From Mobula birostris (taxonomy: Eukaryota), in assembly GCF_030028105.1 (NCBI RefSeq), contig NC_092393.1:55493121-55557120 (forward strand): 64,000 bases of DNA, in the 5' to 3' direction. The position numbers were made by a program, and so were the translations under genes. Under the pieces are notes generated by a model. It had not been told where the DNA came from, did no database searches, and was given only the letters and a program-made list of their open reading frames with translations. How positions within the stretch are numbered: position 1 is the stretch's first letter; every line of letters begins with the position of its first letter. Below, one piece after another: positions 62,110 to 64,000 of the stretch.

Positions 62110-64000
62110 CTAAAAGGGAAATGTTCAGTTAGAACATAGATCAAGATGTTTTTGGATATCGAGAATCAAGGGAAGCAGGGATACTGCAGGAAAATACTAA
62201 GGAATGAGTGATATTAATGAATGGGAGAGCATACTCAATAGGCAAGATTAACTATTCTGGTTTCCATTTACTGCTCTCAATTTTTGCTTTAAAACAGGTT
62301 GTGGTTTCCTTGCTAACCAAGTGACTGAATCCAATATTCAACATGGGATAAGGTAATCTCATCACCTTCAAGCCAGGATAGTACTAGACTATAGGCAGAA
62401 TGGTAGCATAGAACCTTTTACAGAGTGCTGGTGATCAGTTCAATTCTTGCCACTGTCTAAAGAATCTATACACACTTCCCATACCCACATGGGTTTATTT
62501 TCCCAGCTACTCTCGTTTTCTCCCACATTCTATAAACACACTAGGGTTAATAAATTACAAGCATGGCGACACTCATGTGCTGCCCCCAGCACAGCCTCGG
62601 ACTGCTGGTCGGTGACAGAAATGTCGCATTTTGATGCATGTTTCAATGTACTTGACAAATAAAGCTAACCTCCAATAAGAATAGCACAGTGAAGCCAAGG
62701 TTGTTACAATTATCACCAATTCTACACTGTTCTCTATTATTCCTCTTCACCTGGATCAATCACTTGCCGGCTCTTCTTCAACCCTTCCCCATCACTTCTA
62801 TACGCCGTCTACCTCCCCACCATCTCCAGTCCACATGAAGGGTTTCCACCCAAAACATCAACTATTTTCCTTCCACAGTGCTGCCCAAAGCAGTTTGGTG
62901 TTTGGGGCTGAAACTAGAGCAGTCTGTGTATTACAGCACCGATTGAAGTGAAAAGATGCCAGAATCTATTGTAATATTCCTGAGACATGAAATACCTCTG
63001 ATCTTCCACTGCTGCTTATTAAAATCTGCTATGAAATGGTGATTAACAAGAATATGCCTATCGGGGTAGCCTAAAGGGAGGCTGCTACAGAGTACAAGCA
63101 CCATCTTGTTAGCACTGCAAATTCTACTTCAGCGTAACTTGTCTACAAACACCAGACCTTTTCATCATTGTGGCTGGGATGCTGGTGAAAAAGCGCGAGC
63201 ACTTAAATTCCAAATTCAATCTCAAATTATAACCACAGCAGCAAAATTCATGACTCCCCAGAAAGTCACCTCTGCTCTTATCATTGAACGGTGTATCTGC
63301 ACAGAAATATGTAGTGGCTCTTCTGTTAAAACCACCAGCCTCATACCTCTGCCAAACAGCAGTCTATTCCCAGACAGTAATCATTAAATAGAACAATTCC
63401 CCTGAGCTAGATTCCTGAAGCCACAGCAACAGCCTCTGTGGCTCCTAACCAGATCATTAACTGTTTAACACCAAAATAAAAGGTTAGCTTAAAAATAGCT
63501 CACCTATAAATTGGGGTTTAAGGTTCATCTAGCTGCTGCTTTGAGCGGGAACTTGGATTTCAGGAACTAATTGGGAAAAGGCTGAGCTTTCGATGGCCAA
63601 GCAGAGTGATGGCAATCCAAGTCACAGTGCACACACTGCTACCAGCATTGAACTGGTGAGACGAGTCACAGGAAGGCAATACACCCCACTCTGTAAACCA
63701 GACTGTATACCCTCTGGGGCTCAGCAAGCAGCTGAGGATTGGCCAGGAACAGCAGTGCCAGTTAAGATGTGCTGAACGTTGCGGGTATGCTATGTTGGCA
63801 CTGGAATGCGTGGTGACAATTGCAGGATGCCCCAGACATCGCAGTACAAAACAGACACATACCCCAAATGAAAGTACAGAGTAAATGCATAGTGCAAGGA
63901 TTTGGTCTGACTTTGGGGATGAACTTTTCAATAGAACAGCCACACAAAGACAATGATACTCAAATCTTGCCCTCTCAACAGCAGCTTGCAGAGTGAAAAG

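Overview
Vertebrate genomic DNA, not prokaryotic. The repeat content (HE1/V-SINE-like SINEs, CR1, Rex1/Babar and Penelope-derived repeats) points to a cartilaginous fish, probably a ray or shark (inference). Two spliced genes lie on the minus strand. P4HB (protein disulfide isomerase) has coding exons 3-11 at 62109-42457, with WCGHC and a terminal KDEL; exons 1-2 lie beyond the window end. PPP1R27 is complete (3 coding exons, 30250-26463, 151 aa, RVxF motif plus ankyrin repeats). The first ~110 bp look like a CpG-island promoter, by human synteny possibly that of MCRIP1. The rest is mostly nested transposon debris plus a 55-57 bp minisatellite. Highlights: (1) a dispersed Penelope pLTR-derived palindromic repeat carrying a minimal type I hammerhead ribozyme, with one core-intact copy at 34963-34998; (2) a decayed genomic duplicate of the P4HB last exon and 3'UTR that has lost KDEL; (3) a hAT transposon inside a five-insertion TE nest; (4) a ~430 bp block shared by two P4HB introns; (5) a CpG-retaining domain around PPP1R27; (6) a chain of exon-like unique islands downstream of PPP1R27. 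All alignments were done by eye; no database searches were run.
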